Counted from the first letter of the stretch, positions 1 to 22,020 are shown. The stretch: DNA of 64,000 bases from Amoebidium appalachense (GCA_963693365.1 CAVNZM010000001.1:6526907-6590906), one strand, 5' to 3'. Program-made: numbers and translations. Notes: generated by a model not told the origin, from the sequence alone.

Positions 1-359
1 AAGTCTTGTCTTGATTTCGTTCCTCTCCCCCCCCCCCCCCCCCCCCCCTCCTCTCCCCCCTTCCTTCCTTCTCTCCTCTTTTCTGCTTAAGTCAGCCGCT
101 ACACCGCCACCTACTTTCGCCATCCCAGGGTTAACATGATTTGAAAACAAAGCAAGAAAGAAAACAGAAAGTGCATCAAAGAAGAAAAGAAGGAAGAAAG
201 AAAGAAAGAAAAAGAGGAAAAAAGAAATACCCAGAAGCGAGACTTTTGTTTATCCTTTCTTGGCCACACCACACCACAACCGCATGTGTCGACAACAGTA
301 GTTGCATCAGGGATGTATTACATACCACATGTCAAATGCTACCATGCTTACGCGCACAG

Positions 360-10344
<9,985 letters not shown>

Positions 10345-10934
10345 TTGCTCTTGTTGTTTGTTATGACATGTTCTGTACCCAATGTAGATGATTTGCTTGT
10401 ATTCTGGCCTGAAATAGTTGGTTTGATTCTATAGCGACATGCGAAGAGATAATTGTATTATAAAAGTGTGAATTGTGAAATTTTGCAACTGGGAGCATAG
10501 CGATTCCCCAAGTTACGTTCCACGTAAAAGTGAAAGGCTTAAATCCTTCTTCTTGATACTTGTGAAGTTTGTTAGGTTAATAATTCACTCCCAGGACAGA
10601 CTTTATATGCGTATGCATTCAAGAGCAATTCTATCTAAGGTTAAACTCATAAGTGTGTGTGCATGAATTGATTTAAGTAGGCCTATAAGCGTATATATAA
10701 TTACGTAGTCATAAACTAATTAGTCCCTTGAGGGGGGGGGGGGGGGGGGGGGGGGGGGGAGGGGGTGAACTAGAGCAAACAGCATGAATTCTTAACTTCC
10801 TAATCTCCCTTTGCTTCTAGGCTGTTGATGGTTGATGCTGGGATAAGGTTCAGAGACATGAAATGAATGCATGTGACCGAGAAAATGTGCAGGGTCGTGT
10901 GCATTATGGCCACCTATAGAGCCATGGAGCTCCA

Positions 10935-10975
<41 letters not shown>

Positions 10976-11312
10976 TGTGTGCCGGCTATATGTATACATG
11001 TACGTGCACGGTGACTTCATCATGATTCGCATGTGTATGTATGAGTTAAATATACAAGTAATTGTGTCTGGAGCACGAAGACACCATCACCCCCCGGCCC
11101 CTCCCTTCCCCTTGCGCTCGCCGACGCGATCACCCTTCTAACACGTACACATACGTGTACACACACACATGCACACAACCATGCCTATACACAAATTGAA
11201 ATAAAAATATCACATGCGCACAGGTATACACGTCACACAAAAACAACACACACGCACCCACACCCACACCCACACACCCACACCATTTGCACACAGCTGC
11301 AAATCCCAAATC

Positions 11313-11365
<53 letters not shown>

Positions 11366-11625
11366 CATCCTCCACGCCCTCCCCCCCCCCATCTCCCCCC
11401 AAGGGGGCCTCTCCTTCCTTCCTTCCTTTTTCAATTGCAAAGGATCGGGAGCTGAGGATCCAAGTCGACACTATCATGCAGCTGTGAGCTCCTGTTTTTG
11501 TTTTAAAATCATGCATATATGCGTGCACAAATATGAACCGGTACCCCACTGGGTGCACAGCGTACAAACCCCAGTGAGGCAAGTACAGCGGCGTGTGTGG
11601 ATGCATGAGCGAGGGGGAGAATGGG

Positions 11626-13503
11626 GGGCCTAACCACATCGGCTAAGTCAACTTGCTTCCACCAGAACTATCCTGCAAAAAGCAGAACTACCCTGCAAAA
11701 AGCAGAAATATTCTGCATAAACCAGAATTATTCTGCAAGAGCAGAATCATTCTGCAAAAGCAGAATTATGCTGGTAACGGCAGAAACATTTTGCTCAAAG
11801 CAGAATGATTTTAGTTTTTGTGGAATAATGATTCTGCTTTCCTCTTGTAAGATTATAGTATAAATGAGGAGACATTCATTGATCTAGTGTATATAAAAAA
11901 TGAAAGGGTTGGAAGTAGGTAGGAGGACTCGTTATAATTAACTATCAGTTGGTTTTAATATTTTTATGTGGAGGGATATAGCTCAGATGCAAGGAGAATT
12001 ACACGGATAGGCGAGGGGATTCGTGGCTCCGGTTAAACAACTAAAAGCCTGTTTGATTTTTGTGTACTCTATGTCAGTAAGCATAGTAGAAATCCTACTT
12101 ATGAAAGGTCTTAGTAATGGAGATGAACCTCAGTTGACAAGAGAGTGCTCAATAGAGTTCTCTCTTGGATGTTGTACATGATTTTCGTCAATGAGTGTTC
12201 CCCCCTCCTGCGCTCTTGATCTCTGGGGCAAAATTTTTCAGGGTTTGCACATGTATCTAACTGTGGCATCCGAATTCTTACCTCCGAGCATCTGAAATAT
12301 TTCCTCCAACTTTCTTCTTTCTCTTCTCTTACCGCCTTTTTAATTACTCTTCCTTTCTTTATTCAATTTTCTTCTTTCTCTTCCCTAAGTTACCGCCTTT
12401 TTAATTACTCTTCCTTTCTTTATTCATTTTGTTTCTTCCGCTTTCTCTATTTACACTTTACTACTCCAACTTTCTTCTTTATCTCTTCTTGCATGTAGTG
12501 CCATCGCTCATGTTAATTACGTTCTATTAGCCTTAGTAGTTAGTACTTCTTCGACACCTATTGCTTCTTCTAAATTCAATCTCTTAAATTTATACTTTCT
12601 TCCATTCTACTGTTCCTACTTCTGCAATCTTTTCACTCCCTTTTCATCCATCTCCACTGAATTCTGAATTTATCCCTTTATCAGTTAAACTCTTACTTCT
12701 TATTTTCTCTATAGTAAGAGTAACCGGAGCAACATTATTATATCCATTCTATTCGAGTTCAGCTTGAATAAATCCAATATTCTCCACTCCGGTATCATTA
12801 TCTATTCACTCTTTCTTATCTTTTTTAACCGTTACCTTCTCAATATTCTTCTTTACCTCCTCTTGCATATAGTGTCATCGCTCATGTTGGTTTTATTCTA
12901 TTTGCTTTAGCTATTGGATCTTATACTAGTATCTTCTCTTTTTTTAATTAATAATTTTATTTCTTATTCTTTATTTTTAGCTGCTTCTACATTTATAACA
13001 GTTTTCTTTATTTATTACTCCAACTTTCTTCTTTACCTCTTTATTCTCTTACTTCACGTCTTTTAACTCTTTCTTCAACTGCAGAATCCAATAATTTGTT
13101 ATACTTAATCGGATTTACTGGATTATCTTGTTTGAATCCTGTATTAGCAGCTATCTTTACTCAGATCTTTTCTCTTCCTCTTTCTGGATTCTTTGGTAAA
13201 TGATTAGTCTTCTCTTCTGCCATTCACTCTCACTTCTATTTATCTGCCTTCCTTGGTGTTCTCTCTTCTGTCACCTCTGCTTTCTATTATCTTCGTCTTG
13301 TTAAACTTATGTACTTCCAAGACTCTCCTGAATATTTCTGCTAAAGCAAAGTGATTCTGCTTGGAATTGTCTGCTAAAAGCAGAATAGTTATGCTAAAAG
13401 CCTAAAAGTAGAGTAATTCTGCTTTTGCAAATTTAAAATAATTCCGCTTTTTGCAGATTAATTCTGCTTTTTGCAAGTCACTACTGTCGATGTGGCTGGG
13501 CCC
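11626..13503. mobile_element. TIR-bounded non-autonomous element (Harbinger-like ends) carrying mitochondrial DNA
   Basis: Left end GGGCCTAACCACATCGGCTAAGTCAACTTGC; reverse complement of right end GGGCCCAGCCACATCGACAGTAGTGACTTGC. Both ends have subterminal arrays of ~20-bp TGCAAAAAGCAGAA / palindromic GCAGAATTATTCTGC units (11660-11840 and 13335-13475). No clean TSD (TGG/GGG left, TGA right). Confidence 0.65.
12485..13344 (+). pseudogene. nad2: NUMT: degenerate fragments of mitochondrial NADH dehydrogenase subunit 2
   Basis: LLACSAIAHVNYVLLAL (~12485) and LAYSVIAHVGFILFALAIGS (12862) match the ND2 motif LLAYSSIAHxGxxL. 13081-13344 reads GFTGLSCLNPVLAAIFTQIFSLPLSGFFGK(TGA=W)LVFSSAI...LGVLSSVTSAFYYLRLVKLMYF, the ND2 C-terminus with the AGIP of GIPP deleted. 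The stretch is very T-rich. Confidence 0.88.
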
Positions 13504-13948
13504 TGAAAAGGGCTGAAATGAAGATGGTTGATCGATCAAAGGTACCAAGTCTTCGAATCACCTAAAACGATATAGCCATGTACTTGTACCATTTATAAAG
13601 GAGGACTGTTTTTATTGGCGTGCAGATATTTAGTGATGTCATTCATGGAATGCGGACCATGGCTTACACTCATGATACGCTGCCATTGCTTGAGTGTGTC
13701 CTCCGGAGGGGTCCCAACTTTTCGTCCATAATTATAACTATATTATACGTGTTCATCCCTTGTGTTTATGAGAATCTGTGGACATGCATGTGCATGTAGA
13801 GGTGCACGGTGCATGTGGAGGTGTGGGGTGGTGGTGTGTAAACTCGCGCCGTTCGCGTGCTCGCTTACATACAGATCCGCTCTGTATTGGCTATGTAAAC
13901 CCCGCAATAGTGTGTATGTGACTTTGGACTGCCACTTACTTATTAATC

Positions 13949-14638
<690 letters not shown>

Positions 14639-14979
14639 CCAGCTGATACCGGTGTCCCAGGAGAGCCCCTTTAAAAAAATAAAAAAAAATAATAAAAATA
14701 ATTAAAAAAAAACCGGGGAACCCCAACTAATTGATTTCTCCTTGTAGTCTTTATGGTGTCTCGTAGAGAAAGTAAACCCTGATATATAGTCATCACCCGA
14801 CATCTATGTACGTGATCATGATATACCGCTGAGGGGATATTCCGAGCAAAACCCCCCCCCATACCTGAGACTGGTTTCTCTTTGCCTCGAGTAAACAGCG
14901 TAAACCCCCTCCTATGTACTTGATCACTCGAATGGAACAAAAGTTGCATGATGGATCAACCATCAGCGCGCGTACCTTT

Positions 14980-15035
14980 TGGCCTAGCGGTTAGAGCTCC
15001 CAGCTCGCAGCCGGTTCGAATCCCCAATCCGCCAT
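14980..15035 (+). other. tRNA-derived Pol III promoter remnant (SINE head or tRNA pseudogene)
   Basis: A box TGGCCTAGCGG at 14980-14990 and B box GGTTCGAATCC at 15013-15023. The spacing is too short and there is no anticodon arm or acceptor stem for an intact tRNA. Confidence 0.5.
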
Positions 15036-15294
15036 GCCAAATTTTGTGTCCCCGAGACGTGCATCAAAGTTTACAGGTGGTGGTCTGAAGTTGAACGGGT
15101 GGCCCGGGGTGGGGCGAGTAGGGGCTGGGGAAAAACGGGGGGAGGGGGGAGGGCTGGTAGAGGAGGGTAATTACCTTAGGCCAGGATTGGAGTGATGATA
15201 AAGTGGTTTATATGGGGTGGGTTGACGTTGGTGGTTGTAGGTGGGTGTGGGTGTCCCCGGGGGCGGGGGGAGGGGGGTGGGAAGGGGAGGATGC

Positions 15295-15428
15295 ATGTGC
15301 ACGTGCCTCTAAGAGCAACAAAGATAGAAAAGAGCAATTGTGTGCAGTGCAGCAACTTTGATGTGCACGTGCCTCTAAGAGCAACAAAGATAGAAAAGAG
15401 CAATTGTGTGCAGTGCAGCAACTTTGAT
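15295..15428. repeat. Perfect tandem duplication, 2 x 66 bp
   Basis: ATGTGCACGTGCCTCTAAGAGC...GCAACTTTG at 15295 and 15361. Confidence 0.9.
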
Positions 15429-15966
15429 AGGGATGACCAAAGAAACACACAGAGTTTCAGGGCACGGGCACGGGCGCGGGCGCGGGGGCAGGGGGGGGGA
15501 AAGGGAGGGGGAGGGGAGGGGGGGAGGGGGGAGGGGGAGGAGGAGGGGGGGAGGGGGGGGGAGGGGGGCTTTTTCGGCAACATCTGATACGGAAGCTTCA
15601 TCTTTGCCTACACCTGTAATCATCACTCCCCAGATCTGCCTGCGATCTGCAAAATCAAACGTCCATACTTCACAGATAGTCATACACACACATGTATCTT
15701 GTACTTGCCATGTACATAAACTAGCAAGAACCATGAAAAAAAAACTTTTCTGACTCCTCAAGAGAGTGGTGTTGTGTGTGGAGGCTCGTGTTTTGCGTAT
15801 ATGTCGATTACATTCCGTGCACACTTCCTATGAGTGCCTATTTTGCACTTCTCACTTCCATACCTTTATGGAGTACTACGTGTACACATACTACCTTGTA
15901 CATTAGTCGATTTGCTATTGTGTGTGTGTGGTTGTGTGTGCGTGCAGGTAGTCGTGTGTGTGATAC

Positions 15967-16046
<80 letters not shown>

Positions 16047-16332
16047 TGTGTGTGCACGTCTCCGTGCATTAGTGCTACGAGAACAGCCTATCGAAGGGAA
16101 GCCGAGGAAAAGAATGTGTGTGTTTTTTTTTTTTTTTTTTTTTGGGGGGGGGGGGGGAGGAAGGGGGAGTGGGGACTTAACCGGGTCTATAGGGCGGGGA
16201 GAGGGAGGGGGTGGATGGAAAAAGATGATATGTGAAAAAGGAAACAGAACATAGTCACAACACCCACCCACCCACCCAAGCATGTCTAAGGTAGTTATCG
16301 AGGGAAAGGTGGGGGGGGGGGGGGGGGGGGGG

Positions 16333-16372
<40 letters not shown>

Positions 16373-16438
16373 AAAGAGGGACGGATAGAAAGAGGGTAGG
16401 TCGAAGGCTCCAAAGAGTGCAGCGGGAGACTAAATATA

Positions 16439-17935
16439 TCACTGGTGGGCAAGGTCTTGGCTAGAATACAGTGACGCCTTTGGTGCGGGTGTGAGGGGGT
16501 GCATGACGGTGTGCTTCCACACAGCCATGGCCTCCTTCCTGTTTCTCTTTTTGATTTCTCTCTCCGCTCCTCCGTCCATCATTTCCGACTCGCTGCTGAG
16601 TGGTGCTGCAGGGGGCTTGAACGATTCCCAAATGCGACCGTCGAAAACGTGGTGGAGTGTTTTTACATGAACCAAACACGACAGGAAAACGAGAATGCAC
16701 GCGTAGATGCGGCCGACCCACATGAAAAAACCAAAGTGCGTGTCGTTGTATAGTTGGTACGTCGAGAAAATCTGTGTGCAGAAAGGGAAAATAATACCCC
16801 ACCATCCGAGGTTAAAGGGGAGGCCGAGGTAATCCGGTTGCGATGGGTCGATTTTGTCGCCTCCCTTCACTCCATGCCCGACTGGGTTATGTCTGCCCAG
16901 GAGCAAAAACAACTTCCTGCAGTTATGAAGTGAAAGTGTGCCGGCCACAACCAACCACCATGTGCCCAACCCCCACATGGCAAGCCCCAGCAGCATAGTA
17001 AACCCGGGGGCCATCTGACCGAAAGAACACATCGGCGCCGTATCGGAGAAGAACTCGACCTCGGGGGTACAGAGAATGCCAGAACGCGCCAGAACACCTG
17101 CCTTCCTCCCCAGAAGGAGAATACCGTTTGCACCCTGCCCGATCGGTCCGAGGACGAGCCACGTGCTGTTACCGAGCCCCTTTGGCGGCATGCCGTAAAA
17201 CACGAGACGTGCAAGGTAGATGGAAATGATCATTCCTGCAATCAGTACTCCCATGCCCCACAAAACGAACGAGGTAAACACAACCACCACCGACTCTTGC
17301 CCGTCCAAGTTCTCCGAGAGGGTGCCACCGCACGCCGCCGCGACCACGTTTGCCACAAAGGGAAGGAGCCACAATGCAGACATGCTCGGAAACGCATGTT
17401 TTTGACGCACTATCATAAAGTAGGCAGGGACAAACGCCGAGATAATAGAAAGTGCGACATCTATCCAGTATAGGCCCGTGGCAATAGAGATTGCTGTGCC
17501 GTGCGACATGCCCAACTTTTCCCCAAAGTTAATGAACCCAATGGCGACAGTGACGAGGCCCATGGGCATACACCCGAAAAACGTGAACTGCGCAGGGTGG
17601 TCGAGCATCGCCAAAACTCCCTTGGGGTACTTTATGCACCTAGCTGTAAACAAAACCGTGTAAAGGCACCAATAGAACGCATTCCACAGCCAAATAATAG
17701 TCCCCACCCACTGTAGAACGTCGTGGAATGTACCCTCCGCACCTGGGAACCCAGCAATCACCAGTGCTGTGCCACCCCAGCCCATGGTCATGCCAAACCA
17801 CGCCAACTGGAAATTTTTCACTATCTCAAAGTCGGGTTTTGGGTCCTCGGTCTGTATTGTTGACTCAGCATCGTCTTCCTTTATGTCTGTTGCGCTGCGC
17901 TGACGCAGAGTTACTGACGATGTGTTGTCGGCCAT
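16439..17935 (-). CDS. TDT/SLAC1-family membrane transporter (tellurite-resistance/dicarboxylate, SSU1/Mae1-like); coding region intronless
   Basis: 498-aa ORF from the ATG at 17935 with about 10 hydrophobic segments. Family motifs: NFQLAWFGMTMGWG, FFGCMPMGL, MSALWLLPFVANVVAAACGG, TWLVLGPIGQG, LPFNLGWWGIIFP. Confidence 0.92.
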   Translation of the reverse strand: MADNTSSVTLRQRSATDIKEDDAESTIQTEDPKPDFEIVKNFQLAWFGMTMGWGGTALVIAGFPGAEGTFHDVLQWVGTIIWLWNAFYWCLYTVLFTARCIKYPKGVLAMLDHPAQFTFFGCMPMGLVTVAIGFINFGEKLGMSHGTAISIATGLYWIDVALSIISAFVPAYFMIVRQKHAFPSMSALWLLPFVANVVAAACGGTLSENLDGQESVVVVFTSFVLWGMGVLIAGMIISIYLARLVFYGMPPKGLGNSTWLVLGPIGQGANGILLLGRKAGVLARSGILCTPEVEFFSDTAPMCSFGQMAPGFTMLLGLAMWGLGTWWLVVAGTLSLHNCRKLFLLLGRHNPVGHGVKGGDKIDPSQPDYLGLPFNLGWWGIIFPFCTQIFSTYQLYNDTHFGFFMWVGRIYACILVFLSCLVHVKTLHHVFDGRIWESFKPPAAPLSSESEMMDGGAEREIKKRNRKEAMAVWKHTVMHPLTPAPKASLYSSQDLAHQ

Positions 17936-18677
17936 TTTTTCGCGGGTAAAGAACAACCTTGGGAGAGGGATGGGTGGCGCATATCATGCACTGGAAAGTG
18001 GGCACTGCGAGGTGATGTAATGGGTGATGTGTGGTTTGAGGGTCACAGGTTGACCATGCGGAACAAGTGTGTGGTGTGCATGCAAGCGAGGAATCTCTAA
18101 GAACAAACTACCAATGCAAGTTATATGGCCGTTTCTAAGTGTGCATAAAAGTGTAAATGCAAACTTCTTACTATAATTCAGTAGTACTGTACTATGTTTG
18201 CGAAGAAAACTTTCGTTTGTCTAAGGGTCCGCTGAAGTCGTCAACATGAGGCTCCCCCAGGATAGTTGTGGCTCACTGTTTAAGCCAATAGCAACAAAAA
18301 TAGCAACCGTTTGTGAATAGTTATTTCCCCCCAAACCGCACCATATTTGGGTAGAATAACAAACGCGATGGCATTCCGAATTTTCGACTATCCCGTCGTG
18401 TCTATGGCACTGTACCCCCACTGTAAAAATGCGGGCCCCCACCGGTGGGGGCCCACACTTTCAAAGGGGCGCCCCACGGAAACTCACATACTATATACCC
18501 CACTCTACGCCCTTAAAAAACTTATATGTGTGTCGGATTGAGGCCTACATGGGCTTTTTTATGCTCTATAGTCATGTTTTGGTAACTTTTTCTGATAACC
18601 GTTAACTAGTACTTTTGGTGGCCCACACTCAAGGCGGGTGGGGGCCCACACAAGGCGGGTGGGGGCCCACATTGTAC

Positions 18678-18770
<93 letters not shown>

Positions 18771-18784
18771 CTGTGTGTGCGTGC

Positions 18785-18841
<57 letters not shown>

Positions 18842-19388
18842 TCAGGTGTTTTTGCGCGCGCGCGCGTGTGTGTTAGTGTGTGCATGTGTGTGTTTTCACC
18901 AGTGTGTCATTTGGCGCGATTGCAATTGATTGTGCCTGTGTAAATGTCACGATGATGTGTATGTTTGTGTCACAATTTGTGCTCGGCCCTGTGTCATGGT
19001 GGGTTGCTGAGCTTCATTGTACTAGCCGGAAATTTAAGTGTGCACGTGCATGCAGCGATTACTAAAATGATGTCAGCGCATGCATGCAGTAGCACCGGTC
19101 GCGGCCGGCGATCGCCACGTGCACATCAGTACATGTTGCTGGACATAACTTTAATGATTAACATAAATATGTGTGCACGTGTCACCAGATTGCAGCACGC
19201 GTGCTCATGACATGTGTTGTGGGTTTCTGACTGAGTTGAGCAGGAGGAGCTAGGTTCCAATTGGTCCCAGGCGGGCGGCATCCGTTCAGTTCGGCCCTCG
19301 AGACTGTGGCTGATACGGGCCGGCCCGGGGTAGGCCGCGGCCGAATATTAGATTACGTGGATTTCGGCCCTAGCCAGTTAGAATCTTA

Positions 19389-20402
19389 GGGCCTGTTTGG
19401 CAGCACCCCAATAATCGTATTCGTATTTAGGCCCTAAATACGATCTACCGTATTTACAAAATTTATCGTGGTATGCGTATTTAGGGCCTAAATACGGTTG
19501 GTGCCTTCCAAACGCTGCCGGGCGTGACTGGTCACATAAAATGTCGATACATGGTTCACGAGATCTGATTGGCATCCTCCGGTATTCCATGCATATAGAC
19601 TGGTGCAGCGGTAGTCAGTTCAGTATTACAGCGAACGGCAAAAACGATTCACCGACTGTGACCGACAGTGAGTCTTGCTCTGTTTAACAATAGGATAGAA
19701 TGTCTGTTATTGAAAGGATACTGCCAGTTATTGCGGTGGCCAGCCTTGCTAGAGACCTCGTTTTACGTCACCAACGTTCGTCCCTGGCATTCCCCACATA
19801 TCTGAACACATAATGAGTGTTAATAAAATTTGTCCTTGTCTATGCAGTACTCGTTGTGCCTGCATGTCACCGAGTTTGTACATGTACATTTGATTGTTTT
19901 TATTAATGCATATATCGGAGTCCAGTATTGTTTCAATGATTATTATGGCATATATATACAGTCTGAGGTTGTTATCATGCACCGTGTAGGGTTCCTCGTC
20001 CTCTGTCTTACCTGTGCAGCCCAAATTCATGTGCCAATTTTAACTAAGCATGTACACAAAATGACGTGTATGACACCGACAGTGAATTGTTCACGTGCAT
20101 GCATATGCGCCGGCATGCGTACTGTAGTAAAATGTGCCCGCCGCGGCTTACGCTGTACCATTGGCTAGCCGATAGCCAATAAACGATGCGAAATGCTCCG
20201 ATTGGCTAATTTCCTATATCGTCTTTACGAAAATCACCTCCGGAGATGATTTTCGTAAATACGATAAAAAAGCGATCCCTATCGTATTTACAAAAAATAA
20301 AAGCCCGCGGCGTGTTTGGCATGCCACGGGATCGTATACGTATTTAGGCCCTAAATACGAATACGATAAAAAACCGTATTTAGAGCGCTACCAAACAGGC
20401 CC
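19389..20402. mobile_element. PIF/Harbinger (Tourist-like) non-autonomous DNA transposon, 1014 bp
   Basis: TIRs GGGCCTGTTTGG / CCAAACAGGCCC with a TTA target-site duplication (19386-19388, 20403-20405). Subterminal palindromes CGTATTTAGGCCCTAAATACG occur at both ends. Confidence 0.9.
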
Positions 20403-20498
20403 TTAGTCACAGGCCCCCTAGCCCACAAGGACAAGGAGAATAATCTTAAATGCTAAGGTGAAGTTTGAAGCATCATCGCTACAGGGGTAGGCTAAATA

Positions 20499-20644
20499 TA
20501 TATAAGATTTTCCGTAAATAAGATTCTAGCGCTAGATTTTTCGAAAAACTTTAGATTCATATGTGCATGGGGGCTAGACAGCTAGAGTCTTAAATTTTTC
20601 AAAAAATCTAGCGCTAGAATCTTATTTACGGAAAATATTATATA
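20499..20644. mobile_element. Small fold-back MITE-like element
   Basis: ~43-bp inverted arms ATTTTCCGTAAATAAGATTCTAGCGCTAGATTTTT / AAAAATCTAGCGCTAGAATCTTATTTACGGAAAAT in a TA-rich context. Confidence 0.7.
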
Positions 20645-21040
20645 CTAGCCAATTCATTCAGACTCTCTCAGTATTGTATAGGCCTACGCGCGCCTACTAG
20701 GAGTAGGATGATAGTAGTTGAACTTCTATAGCTCACAGGGTGGCACGCCCGGCGTACGTACACTTGCGTAAATACATCCTCGCTTACGCTCGTTCACGTG
20801 AATGGCAACCACACAGTCACTCCCGTGAAGCCTATCAGGCACGTCAGCACACATGCATGTACATACATACGTGCAGCACAAACACACTGATAAACACACA
20901 CACGTGCGCACACGCACGCACACACACACACACACACACATGTACACACACGCACACACGCGCACACACACGCACACACCGGCACGTGCGCGCGCGCGCA
21001 CACACACACGCACACACACGCACACACACACGCACACGCG

Positions 21041-21078
<38 letters not shown>

Positions 21079-21080
21079 GT

Positions 21081-21112
<32 letters not shown>

Positions 21113-21484
21113 CACGTACACACGCACAAATTTAAACTGTGCAATGTCGCAGCGTGGCACAGGCAGCCACAAACACACACCGGCCGTATGCATGTACTGT
21201 CGACGCACACAAAATACGGCCATGCATGCAGACACAACCACACCTGTAACACCATGTGCATGTACATAGGTACGTTTGTGATGGCAGCGGCCGGCGGTGG
21301 AAGATTATTATGACCCTGTGTCTCTCAGTCTGGCGTACACATAATAGTGTCTCCCTGTTGTTATTTATATGTCGGAAGTTCTGTAAATTGTTGGGGACGG
21401 GGTATCGGTTAGGCCTAGGATTGGGGGCCTGGGGGTCGGATGAAATTTGAGGGGTGGATGGTGGTGCAGGGGATGATAGTTTTT

Positions 21485-21535
<51 letters not shown>

Positions 21536-21553
21536 CGGGGGGCGGGGGGGGGT

Positions 21554-22020
21554 GAGTATGTGCTGTGTTCATCATTTCACCAATGGCATGCATTGTGGGG
21601 ACTTGGTTCAAGTTCGTACTGTTACCATTGGTGAAATGATGAAGGGGGTATACGTGCTCGGATCCGGAGGAGAGAAAGGATTCGGATAGCCCCGGGAGGG
21701 GTGAACGCGAGCTTGCAAGCAACATGATGTGCGCATATCATTCTATCGAAAGGCCTCACTCCCCCAACCCCATTTTCAAACATGCATATGCGCAGATCAT
21801 GTTGCTAGATCCTCGTACAAGGAGGGGCCTCGAAAGCAGTTTCCTGACTGTGTGTGCAGGTCCCTTCCTCTGTGTGTGTGGAGGAGAGGGGAGGGGGGAT
21901 TGGGGCTCGAAAGCAGGTTCCTGTGTCCAGGTCACTTCTGTGTGCGCGGTGGGCCAGGTGTGTGTGTGTGTTTGCATGTGTGTTTCTTTTTATAGCTCCT
22001 GAGGGAACATGACACAGGGA
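21554..22020 (+). ncRNA. Cluster of long hairpins (candidate miRNA or structured RNA precursors)
   Basis: Hairpins at 21554-21659 (19-bp perfect core), 21718-21806 (20/21-bp stem), ~21811-21885 and ~21918-22020 (imperfect). Wobble pairs read as G-U on the + strand. No expression evidence. Confidence 0.35.

Noticed and set aside
11660-11840. ~20-bp palindromic repeat array resembling a CRISPR array
   Set aside because: The units are adjacent with no unique spacers, no cas genes are present, and the context is eukaryotic; better explained as subterminal repeats.
11971-12040. GGGATATAGCTCAG resembling a tRNA 5' end
   Set aside because: No T-arm or acceptor-stem complement follows.
21636-21848. 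Box C (ATGATGA) and box D (CTGA) snoRNA
   Set aside because: Box C is buried in a perfect stem; there is no terminal stem and no recognisable rRNA guide.
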